Assembly (NCBI GenBank): GCA_011959405.1
Contig: BLLX01000003.1
Span: forward strand, 1,017-65,016
Length of the DNA stretch: 64,000 bases
Origin: Muribaculaceae bacterium
GTDB lineage: Bacteria > Bacteroidota > Bacteroidia > Bacteroidales > Muribaculaceae
Direction of reading: 5' to 3'
Below are positions 7,138-16,377 of this stretch, one piece after another. The position numbers and the translations under genes are program-made. Under the pieces are notes generated by a model. The model was not told the origin of the DNA, ran no database searches, and saw only the letters and a list, made by a program, of their open reading frames with translations. The stretch's first letter is position 1. Every line of letters begins with the position of its first letter.

Positions 7138-8805
7138 ATGAAAACAATACTTTTATCGGCTTTGACTGTGCTGGCGGGTTGCGGTATCGCGAAGGCGAGT
7201 GCCAATCTTGCCTGCACAGATAAAGCATGGGAGATAAACACTGTCAGTGGTTCTTCCGACGGTCGTTATTTTGCTATCGACACCAAGGATGCAACGGACT
7301 TGACCGATCAAGAGAAGCTTGATATAATCATTGCGCGCCTTGAGGATGTCAAGGCGCTTTATCAGCGCTATTCCGAAAGTGTGCCGTTTGTCGCCGATAT
7401 GATAAGCCAGTATGCAGGAACGGTTGATCAGCTTGAGCCGCAACTGCTGCTTGGCCTTTTCGACCATCTGGACGAAATTATAAATGAATCGTTTGTCGGT
7501 ACGGTGGAGACTCTGGTTTTGAACGAGCTTAATAACAATGCCGGCAAGACATGGAATCTGTATAATATACGTCGTGGAGAAAAGTCGTCGCGTAAGGACG
7601 GATATCTTGGTGCGGTCAATTCACTGGGAAATCTGAAGTGGGACTGCCAGAAGAACAATGACCGCAACACATGGTGGACGTTTGTGCCTTCAACTCATGA
7701 AAACGGTAAGTATCATCTGAAGAATCTGGCCACAGGCAAGTATGTCGGTACTCCGAAGTTATATTATGTGACGGTGGTGGACAGTGAAAGTGAAGCTGGA
7801 TCCATTGAATTTTCTCTGCATGACGGATATGTGACATTTAGGGTTGAGAATATTCATGACAAGGGCGATGCAACAGTGATTTATCCTGAGGGATTCCTCA
7901 GTTTTGACACTCACAATGATCCGATGGAGGTGTATCTGCACGACGACGGTGCCAATTGGCGTGTGTCTCTTGTAGAATTCGCTAAGGGCGGTTCGGTTGA
8001 GTTTGAAGGAGCAGAAGGTGGTGTGGCACCTTATATAGCCAATATATACTTTAATCTTCCTGAGTATGCCGAGATTAGTGGAGACGGTACAATAGAGCTG
8101 ACAGATTCAGACAATGTGGTTATCGCGAAGTTTACAGCCGATGCTGTGGACTATGATGAATCTGTCGGAAAGTACTGTGTGCGTCTGGATGCACCTATGG
8201 AGGACGTCGGGGTATATACGCTCACTGTTCCTGCCGGATTCTTTGTAGTTATCGGTGAGGATGACGTGACCAGCTATGTGGATGCAATGACTGCAAGCGT
8301 CACCGTGGAGACTGCGGGTATTCCCGACGTGACTTATCCTATAGGTATCACTCCCGGAGCAGGAGAAGTGGACAAGATAGAGTCCATTACCATTGCTTGC
8401 GGAGATAAATCTGACATGATGATCGTTAATTTCAACGACGATAAGGCCGGTGACGTGACTTTGTCGAAAGGCACAGAGACTATTATGTCCGTAAGCAAGA
8501 ATAAAATGGCCGAGGATTACGACGATTCGGTCAAAGGAGAGCCTACATTTACCATTGCGGGGCTGGATCTCAGCGTTCCCGGCACTTATACTCTTGATGT
8601 GCCTGCCCGTTTTTTCTGTAGTGCCAAGGGCTATAATGAACATACTTCTGTTGTTTGGACCATTACTGAGACCGGTTTGGACAAGATTGAAATGACTGAC
8701 GGCTCAGGCAATACCGTCGTTTATGATTTGCAGGGCCGCTGTGTGGACAATGCTATACGCGGAGGTCTCTTCATTGTGAACGGCAAGAAAATCATGGTGA
8801 AATAA
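7138..8805 (+). CDS. T9SS-secreted hypothetical protein (lectin-like region plus two Ig-like repeats)
   Basis: Signal peptide present. A beta-trefoil-like stretch reads WWTFVPSTHENGKYHLKNLATGKYVG. Segments ending YTLTVPAGFF and YTLDVPARFF are repeated. The C-terminus VYDLQGRCVDNAIRGGLFIVNGKKIMVK is typical of a T9SS CTD. Confidence 0.7.
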   Translation: MKTILLSALTVLAGCGIAKASANLACTDKAWEINTVSGSSDGRYFAIDTKDATDLTDQEKLDIIIARLEDVKALYQRYSESVPFVADMISQYAGTVDQLEPQLLLGLFDHLDEIINESFVGTVETLVLNELNNNAGKTWNLYNIRRGEKSSRKDGYLGAVNSLGNLKWDCQKNNDRNTWWTFVPSTHENGKYHLKNLATGKYVGTPKLYYVTVVDSESEAGSIEFSLHDGYVTFRVENIHDKGDATVIYPEGFLSFDTHNDPMEVYLHDDGANWRVSLVEFAKGGSVEFEGAEGGVAPYIANIYFNLPEYAEISGDGTIELTDSDNVVIAKFTADAVDYDESVGKYCVRLDAPMEDVGVYTLTVPAGFFVVIGEDDVTSYVDAMTASVTVETAGIPDVTYPIGITPGAGEVDKIESITIACGDKSDMMIVNFNDDKAGDVTLSKGTETIMSVSKNKMAEDYDDSVKGEPTFTIAGLDLSVPGTYTLDVPARFFCSAKGYNEHTSVVWTITETGLDKIEMTDGSGNTVVYDLQGRCVDNAIRGGLFIVNGKKIMVK

Positions 8806-8831
8806 TAGAGCTACGCGTTATATTGACAATG

Positions 8832-8868
8832 AAGCCGTTCCGTTTTTTGGAACGGCTTTGTTGATTTA
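8832..8868 (+). terminator. Rho-independent terminator
   Basis: 10-bp stem aagccgttcc/ggaacggctt with a 7-nt loop, followed by ttgttgattt. Confidence 0.75.
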
Positions 8869-8871
8869 TTG

Positions 8872-8879
8872 TATATTTG
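8872..8879 (+). promoter_or_regulatory. -7 box TATATTTG for the ZIP gene
   Basis: TAnnTTTG match 62 nt upstream of the ATG at 8942. Confidence 0.5.
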
Positions 8880-8941
8880 CGTATGCCCGACGGGGATGAA
8901 ATTTGTTATATAAGTGATAAATGTCAAATGAGTATAGATAA

Positions 8942-9703
8942 ATGATAAATCAGGTTATTATAAGTGCGGCCGGCCTGGGGTTGGCTTCGCTTCTCGGATC
9001 TGTGGCCGGTCTTGTCGTCAAGCGTGTGTCTCATAAATGGAATGATGTGTTTCTGGGATTCTGTGCAGGCATGATGCTTGCTGCGTCGATAGCCGGACTG
9101 ATCATGCCGGCGCTTGCGGCAGTGGATGCCGGCGGCCTGTGGCAGGTGTTTGTCGGGGTGATGGCCGGTGTGCTTCTCATCGCCGCGCTTGACAGGTTTG
9201 TGCCGCATCTTCACGGGCTTGCCGGACTTGACCGTACAGGCAGTGCCGGCGGGCGTTCGTCGCTCGACAAGGTTCTGCTGTTTGTCCTTGCCATTGCCAT
9301 ACATAAGTTTCCGGAAGGTATTGCCGCGGGCGTGGTGTTTGACGATTCGGCGGATCTGTCGAATGCTTATGCCGTTTCCGTGGCGATCGCCCTGCAGAAC
9401 ATTCCGGAAGGGATGGTCGTGGTGACCCCGTTGCTCATGGCTGGAGTAAGCTATGTGCGCACTGTGGTCATAGCTCTCACCATAGCCATGCTTGAAATGA
9501 CGGGTGTTGGTGCCGGCTATCTGCTCGGAGAACTGTCAGGCGCCTTTTTGCCGGGATTTCTCGGACTTGCCGGTGGAGCCATGCTCTATGTGATCAGCGG
9601 AGAAATGATCCCCGAGACCCATTCTCATGGTTATGAAAAACCGGCCACTTATGCTCTTGTGGCCGGAGTGCTGGCCATGCTGCTTATACAGGAGATGGCC
9701 TGA
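8942..9703 (+). CDS. ZIP family divalent metal (zinc) transporter
   Basis: Polytopic membrane protein with ZIP signature helices HKFPEGIAAG and LQNIPEGM. Confidence 0.85.
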   Translation: MINQVIISAAGLGLASLLGSVAGLVVKRVSHKWNDVFLGFCAGMMLAASIAGLIMPALAAVDAGGLWQVFVGVMAGVLLIAALDRFVPHLHGLAGLDRTGSAGGRSSLDKVLLFVLAIAIHKFPEGIAAGVVFDDSADLSNAYAVSVAIALQNIPEGMVVVTPLLMAGVSYVRTVVIALTIAMLEMTGVGAGYLLGELSGAFLPGFLGLAGGAMLYVISGEMIPETHSHGYEKPATYALVAGVLAMLLIQEMA

Positions 9704-9720
9704 TCAGGTTTTTATAACAG

Positions 9721-9759
9721 AATGCGATGGCTGTGAACTCCTTGTCACGCCATCGCATT
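9721..9759. terminator. Hairpin between the convergent ZIP and tpx genes
   Basis: 11-bp stem aatgcgatggc/gccatcgcatt with a 17-nt loop. There is no clear U-tract on either side. Confidence 0.5.
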
Positions 9760-9791
9760 GTCGTAATATAATCTGGGTGTATTTTGTCTTG

Positions 9792-10301
9792 TCAGTGCAG
9801 CGACTTGAGGGCTTCCAAAGCGGCTTTGTAGTTCGGCTCATCGGCTATTTCCCACACAAGTTCCTCATAGACTATCCTGCGGTCGCGGTCCATGATGATG
9901 ACCGCACGGGCAAGGAGACCGGCCAATGGCCCGTCGATCAGCTGCAGGCCGTATTTCTGGCCGAACAGAGGGGAGCGGAACGCCGATGCCACTACCGCGT
10001 CTCTGATGCCCTCGGCCGTGCAGAAGCGTTGAGCCGCAAACGGCAGGTCCATCGACACATTGATGATTTTGACATCGGGCAACTCGGCGGCTTCTTTGTT
10101 GAAACGGCGCACGGAAGTGGCGCATACCGGAGTGTCGAGCGACGGAAATATGTTGAGCACCACGCGGGTGCCCTGATAGTCTGTGCAACGGATTTCTCGC
10201 AGATCGGAGCTTACGAGAGTGAAGCACGGGGCTTTTTCTCCTGTCCGCGGCATTGTGCCGTAAGTGTGGCAGGGTGTGCCTTGAAAATAAACGGTTTCCA
10301 T
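9792..10301 (-). CDS. tpx: Thiol peroxidase (atypical 2-Cys peroxiredoxin)
   Basis: The Tpx signature NIFPSLDTPVCATSVRRFN and the resolving region FCTAEGI are present. Length is 169 aa. Confidence 0.92.
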   Translation of the reverse strand: METVYFQGTPCHTYGTMPRTGEKAPCFTLVSSDLREIRCTDYQGTRVVLNIFPSLDTPVCATSVRRFNKEAAELPDVKIINVSMDLPFAAQRFCTAEGIRDAVVASAFRSPLFGQKYGLQLIDGPLAGLLARAVIIMDRDRRIVYEELVWEIADEPNYKAALEALKSLH

Positions 10302-10310
10302 AGTGTATGT

Positions 10311-11483
10311 TCAGTTAGACGTGAGTGTTATCATTCTGATAACGTCTGTGTCGATATGTTTGTTGAGGCCAACTGTGACGAATTTTACGATTCCTGAGCT
10401 GTCGCACGTCATCACTGCCGGCAGCGATGCGGCTCCGCAGTCTGTGGCAAGACTTCGTGCGCCGTGTACGGCTTTTTCGCCATCCATCAGCGCTCCGCCA
10501 AGGGCTGTGCGACAGAAGTCTATGTCGCGCCCGACGAAAGCGTATATCACTGAAGGAGCTACGGCCGTGCGTTCAGCGGCGGAGCGGATATGCTCTACCA
10601 GTCGCGGAGTGAGTGCTGACTCAGCATCGAGGAGCACGATCACTGTGGGTGATTCGGCTTGTGTGCCGGCTGTGTATGAGAGTCGGTCGCCTGAGTCGGA
10701 GAATGTGAGCGGCAAGGAGAATGAGGGCAACGGTTTGCCCGGCATGTTCTCTATGGCGAAGTTGCTCTGCCTGCAGTTTTCAAAAGCATCGGGGTAGCGT
10801 GCGCGTAGATTTTCCTCACATAGTGGAGTGGGGAGCATTGGTTCCAACTGCGTATTGTAGACGGCATGGACCAGCTGCTCGGATATGGCTCCGGGATTGT
10901 ATTCGGCTGAAAATTCCCGCGGCATGCCTGTGGCATTGTCGAACACATAGGTCATTTCCGCGTCGGTCATATTGCCGGCGGCCATACGTGTCACTTTCAC
11001 CTCGGTAACGTCGTCGTGACCGGTGGACCGTATGCTGTAATGCAGAGTGTCGGCAGCCATGGATTCCAGCGTGCGACCGATTTCATGGGGCAGGAGTGAG
11101 GCAAACTGCACTGTGTGCTGTATGGCTCGGGGGCCTTTCAACGGTATTGAGTCCCAGTCTTCATGATGCTCCTGAAGTCTTTTGTTGCGGAAATTGTAGA
11201 AATGTCCGTCGAAGTATGATGTGAATCCTTGCTGCGGGCCGGACGGAGTCGTCACATCCCAGTCTATCAGATATGAAGATGGAGACGGTTGTTGGAGTCG
11301 TATGGTGTAGACGATGTCGTCGTCGGCCTGCGGCAGTGTCACGGCATATGTGGCCGTCGCGCTGTAGCCCTCGGCATGTAGCAGTTTGTGCATGACCGAG
11401 TCAAGCCCCCGGGCATTTGTTCCCAGGGGCGTGAATGGCAGTAATAACAGAGCTAAATGGCAAACTTTCCCTTGTGTCCTCAT
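10311..11483 (-). CDS. Secreted hypothetical protein with a C-terminal thioredoxin-fold (TlpA-like) domain lacking CxxC
   Basis: Signal peptide present. The C-terminal segment TVIVLLDAESALTPRLVEHI...LPAVMTCDSSGIVKFV aligns by eye to the TlpA/AhpC-TSA fold, but the FWASWCxPC position reads LLDAESALT. The stop codon lies 9 nt before the tpx start. Confidence 0.5.
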   Translation of the reverse strand: MRTQGKVCHLALLLLPFTPLGTNARGLDSVMHKLLHAEGYSATATYAVTLPQADDDIVYTIRLQQPSPSSYLIDWDVTTPSGPQQGFTSYFDGHFYNFRNKRLQEHHEDWDSIPLKGPRAIQHTVQFASLLPHEIGRTLESMAADTLHYSIRSTGHDDVTEVKVTRMAAGNMTDAEMTYVFDNATGMPREFSAEYNPGAISEQLVHAVYNTQLEPMLPTPLCEENLRARYPDAFENCRQSNFAIENMPGKPLPSFSLPLTFSDSGDRLSYTAGTQAESPTVIVLLDAESALTPRLVEHIRSAAERTAVAPSVIYAFVGRDIDFCRTALGGALMDGEKAVHGARSLATDCGAASLPAVMTCDSSGIVKFVTVGLNKHIDTDVIRMITLTSN

Positions 11484-11540
11484 AAATAAATAGATGAATC
11501 TGTAATTATAACGCGGAGTGGATGATGATGGTTCGCATAT

Positions 11541-11581
11541 AAAAATAATCAGCCATTAGACCATAGGTCAAACGGCTGATT
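11541..11581 (-). terminator. Rho-independent terminator of the CoA-transferase gene
   Basis: On the minus strand, the stem aatcagcc/ggctgatt with an inner helix is followed by atttttat. Confidence 0.7.
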
Positions 11582-11613
11582 ATGTATGAGGTACGCTCGG
11601 GCTTTATTTATTG

Positions 11614-13098
11614 TTATCCGAGCTTGGCGTTGCGCATGTCGCCTGTTTCATTGAACGCGTTGTGGAATGCGAAGGCACGTTCGAGAGAGTGGGGGGATTG
11701 TCCGCCGCGGCCCAGGTTGAGATAGTCGCGGAGCAGAGGACGGTAGTCGGGGTGTGCGCAGTTGTTGATAATGGTTTCAGCACGCTGGACTGGGTCTTTT
11801 CCACGCAGGTCGGCTATGCCCTGATCGGTGACGAGGATGTCCACCGAGTGCTCGCTGTGGTCCACGTGGGCCACCATAGGCACTATGTTGGATATGCAGC
11901 CGCCTTTTGATACGGAGGGGCATGAGAAGATCGACAGATATCCGTTGCGTGTGAAGTCGCCCGATCCGCCTATGCCGTTCATCATCTTGGTGCCGAGCAC
12001 ATGGGTGGAGTTGACGTTGCCGAAGATATCGGCTTCGAGGGCTGTGTTCATGGCGATGATGCCGAGTCGGCGTATCACCTCGGGGTTGTTGCTCAGTTCG
12101 CTGGGACGTATCACCACTCTGCGGCAGAATTCCGCGTCGTGAGCAAAGAAGCGGGCCTGCACTTCGTCGCTCATGGTCAGGGAGCATGTGCTGGCAAATG
12201 TGCAGCGGTCACGTTCCATCAGGTCGAGTACAGCGTCCTGGACCACTTCGGTGTACATTGTGAAGGGAGGAATTTCGGTGGCGTCGGCAAGGCCGTAGAG
12301 CACGGCATTGGCCACGTTGCCCACGCCGCTCTGGATGGGCAGGAATTCTTTGGGCAGACGGCCTGCGCGAAGTTCTCCGATGAGGAAGTCGCAGACATTG
12401 GCTCCGATGCGTTTGGTGGTGTCATCCAGAGCTGTGAACGGTTTCACACCGTCGGTCTGGTGAGTTTTCACTATTCCGATCACTTTTTTGGGGTCGATGT
12501 ACAGGTACGGCGATCCGATGCGGTCTTTTGGCGAATAGATGGGTATTTCGCGGCGGCGAGGGGGATCGGCCGGCAGGTAAAGGTCGTGAAGTCCTTCGAT
12601 TTTTGGCGATATGGCACTGTTGAGCTCAATGATGATTTTTTTTGCCATCATTGCCACTGATGTCACGATTCCGGCACCGGTGCCGAGCACCAGCCGTCCG
12701 TCAGGCTGCACATCCACGGCTTCTATCACGGCCATGTCGATTGGTCCAAGGAATCCGTAGCGCAGTTTCTGTGCCATCTCGGAGAGGTGTATGTCAAAAT
12801 AGTGGGTGTCGTGCGAGTTTATGCGCGCACGCATGTCGGGAATGTTCTGATATGGCGCGCGTCTTTCCACTGCGTTTGCGCGCGACAGCGCTCCGTCGAC
12901 GTGCTGGTTTGTCGACGCACCGGTGAAAAGGCTTATTTTGTAAGGCCGTCCGGCTTCATGTTCTTTGACTGCATGGGCGGCTACAGCGTCGAATGTGTCT
13001 TTGGGAACGCCGGGTGCGGTAAATCCTGACAGTCCGACTGTATCGCCGTTTTTAATGTGCGATGCGGCTTCTTCAGCCGTAATGATTGGAAATGACAT
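11614..13098 (-). CDS. Acetyl-CoA hydrolase/transferase family protein (succinate CoA-transferase, ScpC/Cat1-like)
   Basis: 494 aa with the N-terminus MSFPIITAEEAASHIKNGDTVGLSGFT and the GGSGDF motif (NGIGGSGDFTRN), both typical of this family. Confidence 0.85.
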   Translation of the reverse strand: MSFPIITAEEAASHIKNGDTVGLSGFTAPGVPKDTFDAVAAHAVKEHEAGRPYKISLFTGASTNQHVDGALSRANAVERRAPYQNIPDMRARINSHDTHYFDIHLSEMAQKLRYGFLGPIDMAVIEAVDVQPDGRLVLGTGAGIVTSVAMMAKKIIIELNSAISPKIEGLHDLYLPADPPRRREIPIYSPKDRIGSPYLYIDPKKVIGIVKTHQTDGVKPFTALDDTTKRIGANVCDFLIGELRAGRLPKEFLPIQSGVGNVANAVLYGLADATEIPPFTMYTEVVQDAVLDLMERDRCTFASTCSLTMSDEVQARFFAHDAEFCRRVVIRPSELSNNPEVIRRLGIIAMNTALEADIFGNVNSTHVLGTKMMNGIGGSGDFTRNGYLSIFSCPSVSKGGCISNIVPMVAHVDHSEHSVDILVTDQGIADLRGKDPVQRAETIINNCAHPDYRPLLRDYLNLGRGGQSPHSLERAFAFHNAFNETGDMRNAKLG

Positions 13099-13139
13099 TA
13101 CAAGATATAGATTTTGAGGATATTCGGTTTATATGAGCG

Positions 13140-13147
13140 CAAAGTTA
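13140..13147 (-). promoter_or_regulatory. -7 box TAACTTTG for the CoA-transferase gene
   Basis: Reverse-complement TAnnTTTG match 41 nt upstream of the ATG at 13098. Confidence 0.55.
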
Positions 13148-13187
13148 GCTAATTTGGCACATATTGCAAAAAAATGTGCAGCTATGA

Positions 13188-14039
13188 TCAATAGTCCGAG
13201 AAGAAGAACGGACTGAGACAGATGCCTATGCGCATCTGCGAATGAAACTTGTTGTAGTCAAGCAGTCCTTCACCATATCCGTTGTAGTATTGGAGGAAGA
13301 GATACTGGTTGTCGCGCTTGAACAGGTTGTATTTCAGTTCCACAGTGGTGTTGAACGCGAATATGTTCCATCTGCACCGTTTTGTAAGCAGCACTGACGC
13401 GCTGAAACGGCGGTCGTTGCTCATCACCTGCAGTCCGGCCTGATATACACCGCAGTATCGCAGTATGTCGCGGTTGTGGCTTCCGTCGATGATCGGAGCC
13501 CAGAGTTTGGCGTGGACCATTATGTTGCGGTCGAGCAGCAGATTGGCGCCGAGTGTCACTCGGTTCCAGCTGCGTGATTCAGCGCCGTCGCGCCCGTTGC
13601 TTTCGTGCTCGAGCACAAGCATCACTTTGCCGAGGTAGCGGCCGTCGGTCTTGCTGAATAGCGGTTTGGCCAGACCTATGCCCGGATTGAAGTTCAGGTC
13701 GGTCATGGGCATGGAGTCTTCAAGAATATTCCAGAATACCTTCTGTGTGTAGAAAAGATATAGGTACGTGCCCCAAGGCAACGTGCTTTTGGTCAGTTTG
13801 TGCTGGATGGATACCTGAAATTTGACGTTGGTGTTCTGTCGCGTAGGTTTGGGGCCTATGGCAGTGCCGAAAATAAAATAGTTGTCCTTGTATGCGCCGA
13901 AGTTAGGTCCGTGGTCCCATGCTCTTCGCAGGCTGTCGGCATTGACCAGCTCATCCTTGACCACAACAATCTGGGCGGCCACATCCGTGGCATGCAATCC
14001 AAGCAAGACAAGCAAAGCGATTAAGGCGCAACGTTTCAT
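13188..14039 (-). CDS. pldA: Outer membrane phospholipase A (OMPLA)
   Basis: Catalytic HxSNG motif (LEHESNGRD) with beta-barrel character. I place the start at MKRCALIALLVLLG (14039) because the -7 box at 14045-14052 lies inside the longer ORF-track version (to 14075). Confidence 0.8.
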   Translation of the reverse strand: MKRCALIALLVLLGLHATDVAAQIVVVKDELVNADSLRRAWDHGPNFGAYKDNYFIFGTAIGPKPTRQNTNVKFQVSIQHKLTKSTLPWGTYLYLFYTQKVFWNILEDSMPMTDLNFNPGIGLAKPLFSKTDGRYLGKVMLVLEHESNGRDGAESRSWNRVTLGANLLLDRNIMVHAKLWAPIIDGSHNRDILRYCGVYQAGLQVMSNDRRFSASVLLTKRCRWNIFAFNTTVELKYNLFKRDNQYLFLQYYNGYGEGLLDYNKFHSQMRIGICLSPFFFSDY

Positions 14040-14044
14040 GTCCA

Positions 14045-14052
14045 CAAAATTA
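14045..14052 (-). promoter_or_regulatory. -7 box TAATTTTG, 5 nt from the pldA ATG (leaderless-type)
   Basis: Reverse-complement TAnnTTTG match. Confidence 0.5.
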
Positions 14053-14115
14053 AATACTTTGCTTAAACTCTCCAACTCGACTTGACAAAAAAGCCATATT
14101 TCACGAATAATTTCC

Positions 14116-14123
14116 TATCTTTG
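14116..14123 (+). promoter_or_regulatory. -7 box TATCTTTG
   Basis: TAnnTTTG match 5 nt before the GTG at 14129 and 17 nt before the ATG at 14141. Confidence 0.5.
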
Positions 14124-14128
14124 CCGGC

Positions 14129-15034
14129 GTGAAGAAAGCGATGACAAAGATATATGCCGGATTGGCGCTGCTGATGGCGTTTGGCTGCGGGAGCAGCGAT
14201 TCTTTTTCGGTAGAGGGCAATGTGGCCGGAGTGGGCACGCAGAATCTGCGTGTCGTTTACCGTGCGGTGCCGTCGGGCGATCTTGTCACGCTTAAGGCCA
14301 CGGCTATCGATAATGTGTTTTCATTCTTCGGGTCGGCCGCGGAGCCTACGGTCGTGGAGATATATGCGTCGCAAAAATCTCCGGTAGCAGTTTTTATGGC
14401 AAAAAACGGCGATGAGATACGGCTTGGATCCGATGGATTTGTGACCGGAGGACGCGAGACAGTGAGATTTGCCGAATCACTTGCGGCAATGCCGACCGAC
14501 GACGAAGACCCGTCGGCGGTCAATGATGCTGTGGCGCGGTATGTCGTGGCGCATCCCGGCGATATTGTGGCTGCCGCTCTGTTTGCGGTCCGATTCACTT
14601 ATCGCGGCGACGAAGAGCGGGCTGACTCGCTGTTGTCGCTTCTGTCGGCGCCGGAGTATCTTGCGGGTGATATACGCAGTTCGTTGTTGCCGGTTCCTGA
14701 TTCTGTCCCGTCACTGGCAGCTGTAGTTGCCGCGGGTGACACGCTGGCCGCATTGAAGCCCGGCGGCCGTTGGATCATTACCGCATCGGCCGACGAGAGA
14801 TCGCGAGAACTGATCGACTCGATGTGCCGGTGGAATCAGACCATGGCCGTTACGGATTTGTTTCTCGGGCAGGACACCGTGCTGTGGCATCGTATCATAA
14901 AATCCGATTCGGCAACTTGGACCCAGGCCATACATCCTGGCGGACCTGCGGCTTTTGGCGTCATGCGCACGCCTGTGGCAATAGATTCGGATTCGCTCGG
15001 TGCCGTTGTAAATGTCATAGACATACGCATATAG
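14129..15034 (+). CDS. Lipoprotein with an N-terminal DUF4369-like domain and a CxxC-less thioredoxin-fold domain
   Basis: Lipobox LMAFGC. The N-terminal pattern FSVEGNVAGVG...VFSFFG resembles DUF4369. The C-terminal TlpA-like region has ITASADERS in place of WCxPC. The true start may be the ATG at 14141. Confidence 0.55.
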   Translation: MKKAMTKIYAGLALLMAFGCGSSDSFSVEGNVAGVGTQNLRVVYRAVPSGDLVTLKATAIDNVFSFFGSAAEPTVVEIYASQKSPVAVFMAKNGDEIRLGSDGFVTGGRETVRFAESLAAMPTDDEDPSAVNDAVARYVVAHPGDIVAAALFAVRFTYRGDEERADSLLSLLSAPEYLAGDIRSSLLPVPDSVPSLAAVVAAGDTLAALKPGGRWIITASADERSRELIDSMCRWNQTMAVTDLFLGQDTVLWHRIIKSDSATWTQAIHPGGPAAFGVMRTPVAIDSDSLGAVVNVIDIRI

Positions 15035-15137
15035 ATATCAATGGTCCGCCGGAGCCCGAACAAAACCCGGCAGAGGAATGTTAGTAATGGTGAAACACAA
15101 CACTTATTTTCAACTAACCAAAAATTCCTCTAACGAA

Positions 15138-16304
15138 ATGAAAAAGCTTTGTATTTTTGCGGCTGCCGCTCTGAGTGTCACCGGTGCCGTCAATGCTCAG
15201 ACAGTCGAGGGAAGTAAACTCACTGACAACATTTCCGTAACTCTTAAAGGCGGCGGAATCACCCCTCTTCACGGTCACAACAAATCATTTTGGCAGAATA
15301 TGCGCGGAGTGGTAGGCGTGGAACTCCGTAAGCAGATCACACCCGTGTTCGGACTCGGTGTGGAAGGCGAATGGACTGTCAATACCTCTACATGGAACGG
15401 AGCGCCAAGTCTCCACAACACTTTCGACGGACAGTATGTCGGCATGTTCGGAACAGTGAACTTCAATAACCTTTTTGCCGGATATTCCGGACAGCCGCGC
15501 GTGTTTGAAGTGGAAGCCGTGGCTGGTGCGGGTTGGCTTCATGCCTATGTGCCTAAATCGCAGGGCGAGGACTCCAACTCTTTCGGCACCAAGGTGGGCA
15601 TGAACTTCAACTTCAACCTTGGCGACAGCAAGGCATGGACCATCGCTGTTAAACCTGCCGTGGTGTGGAATATGGCCCCCGGCGACTACCGCGGACAGAG
15701 CACCGTGTATTACAACGGCCAGCATGCAGCCTTTGAACTGGAAGCCGGTGTGACATATCATTTCGGCAACTCAAACGGCACACACAGCTTCGCAGTGGTA
15801 CCCCCCTGTGACTACAGCGAACTGAATGCCGAGATCAATGCTCTTCGTGCTGAAAATGTCACTCTTGCCGCAGCCAATGCCGATGCCATGGCAGCGTCAG
15901 CGGTTATGGCAGGCAAACTTGACGAATGTCTCAGCCGTCCGGCCACTGTGGTTACCCAGACCAAGGAAACCAACACCCTTGAATCCGTGCGCTACGTGTT
16001 CTACCGCATAGGCTCGTCCAAGATCACAGCCGACCAGCAGCCCAATGTGGAGATGATCGCCGATTATCTCAAGCACAATCCCAAGGCTACCGTGGAAATC
16101 AAGGGCTATGCCTCGCAGGATGGCAATCTTGAATTCAACAAGCGTCTCGCTGCAGCCCGCGCCGAATCCGTAAGAACCCTTCTGGTCACCAAATACGGCA
16201 TTGCTTCAAGCCGCGTGAAAGCTCAGGGTGAAGGTATCGGACACATGTTCAAGGAAGACAGCTGGAACCGAGTGGCCATCTGTATCCTCAACGAAGCCGA
16301 GTGA
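15138..16304 (+). CDS. OmpA family outer membrane protein
   Basis: Signal peptide MKKLCIFAAAALSVTGAVNA at the ATG at 15138. An N-terminal barrel and a coiled-coil linker precede the C-terminal OmpA domain (IKGYASQDGNLEFNKRLAAARAESV). Confidence 0.85.
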   Translation: MKKLCIFAAAALSVTGAVNAQTVEGSKLTDNISVTLKGGGITPLHGHNKSFWQNMRGVVGVELRKQITPVFGLGVEGEWTVNTSTWNGAPSLHNTFDGQYVGMFGTVNFNNLFAGYSGQPRVFEVEAVAGAGWLHAYVPKSQGEDSNSFGTKVGMNFNFNLGDSKAWTIAVKPAVVWNMAPGDYRGQSTVYYNGQHAAFELEAGVTYHFGNSNGTHSFAVVPPCDYSELNAEINALRAENVTLAAANADAMAASAVMAGKLDECLSRPATVVTQTKETNTLESVRYVFYRIGSSKITADQQPNVEMIADYLKHNPKATVEIKGYASQDGNLEFNKRLAAARAESVRTLLVTKYGIASSRVKAQGEGIGHMFKEDSWNRVAICILNEAE

Positions 16305-16333
16305 TCAAATTAAAATATTGAACTAAATAAAAA

Positions 16334-16377
16334 CAAACTGGTGATGCCGGATAGTCCGGTGTCACCAGTTTGCTTTT
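16334..16377 (+). terminator. Rho-independent terminator of the ompA-like gene
   Basis: Stem of about 17 bp (caaactggtgatgccgg / ccggtgtcaccagtttg) followed by ctttt. Confidence 0.8.

Noticed and set aside
9627-10397. A 256-aa + strand ORF covering tpx and part of the neighbouring gene.
   Set aside because: It is antisense to the clear tpx gene and shows no domain signature.
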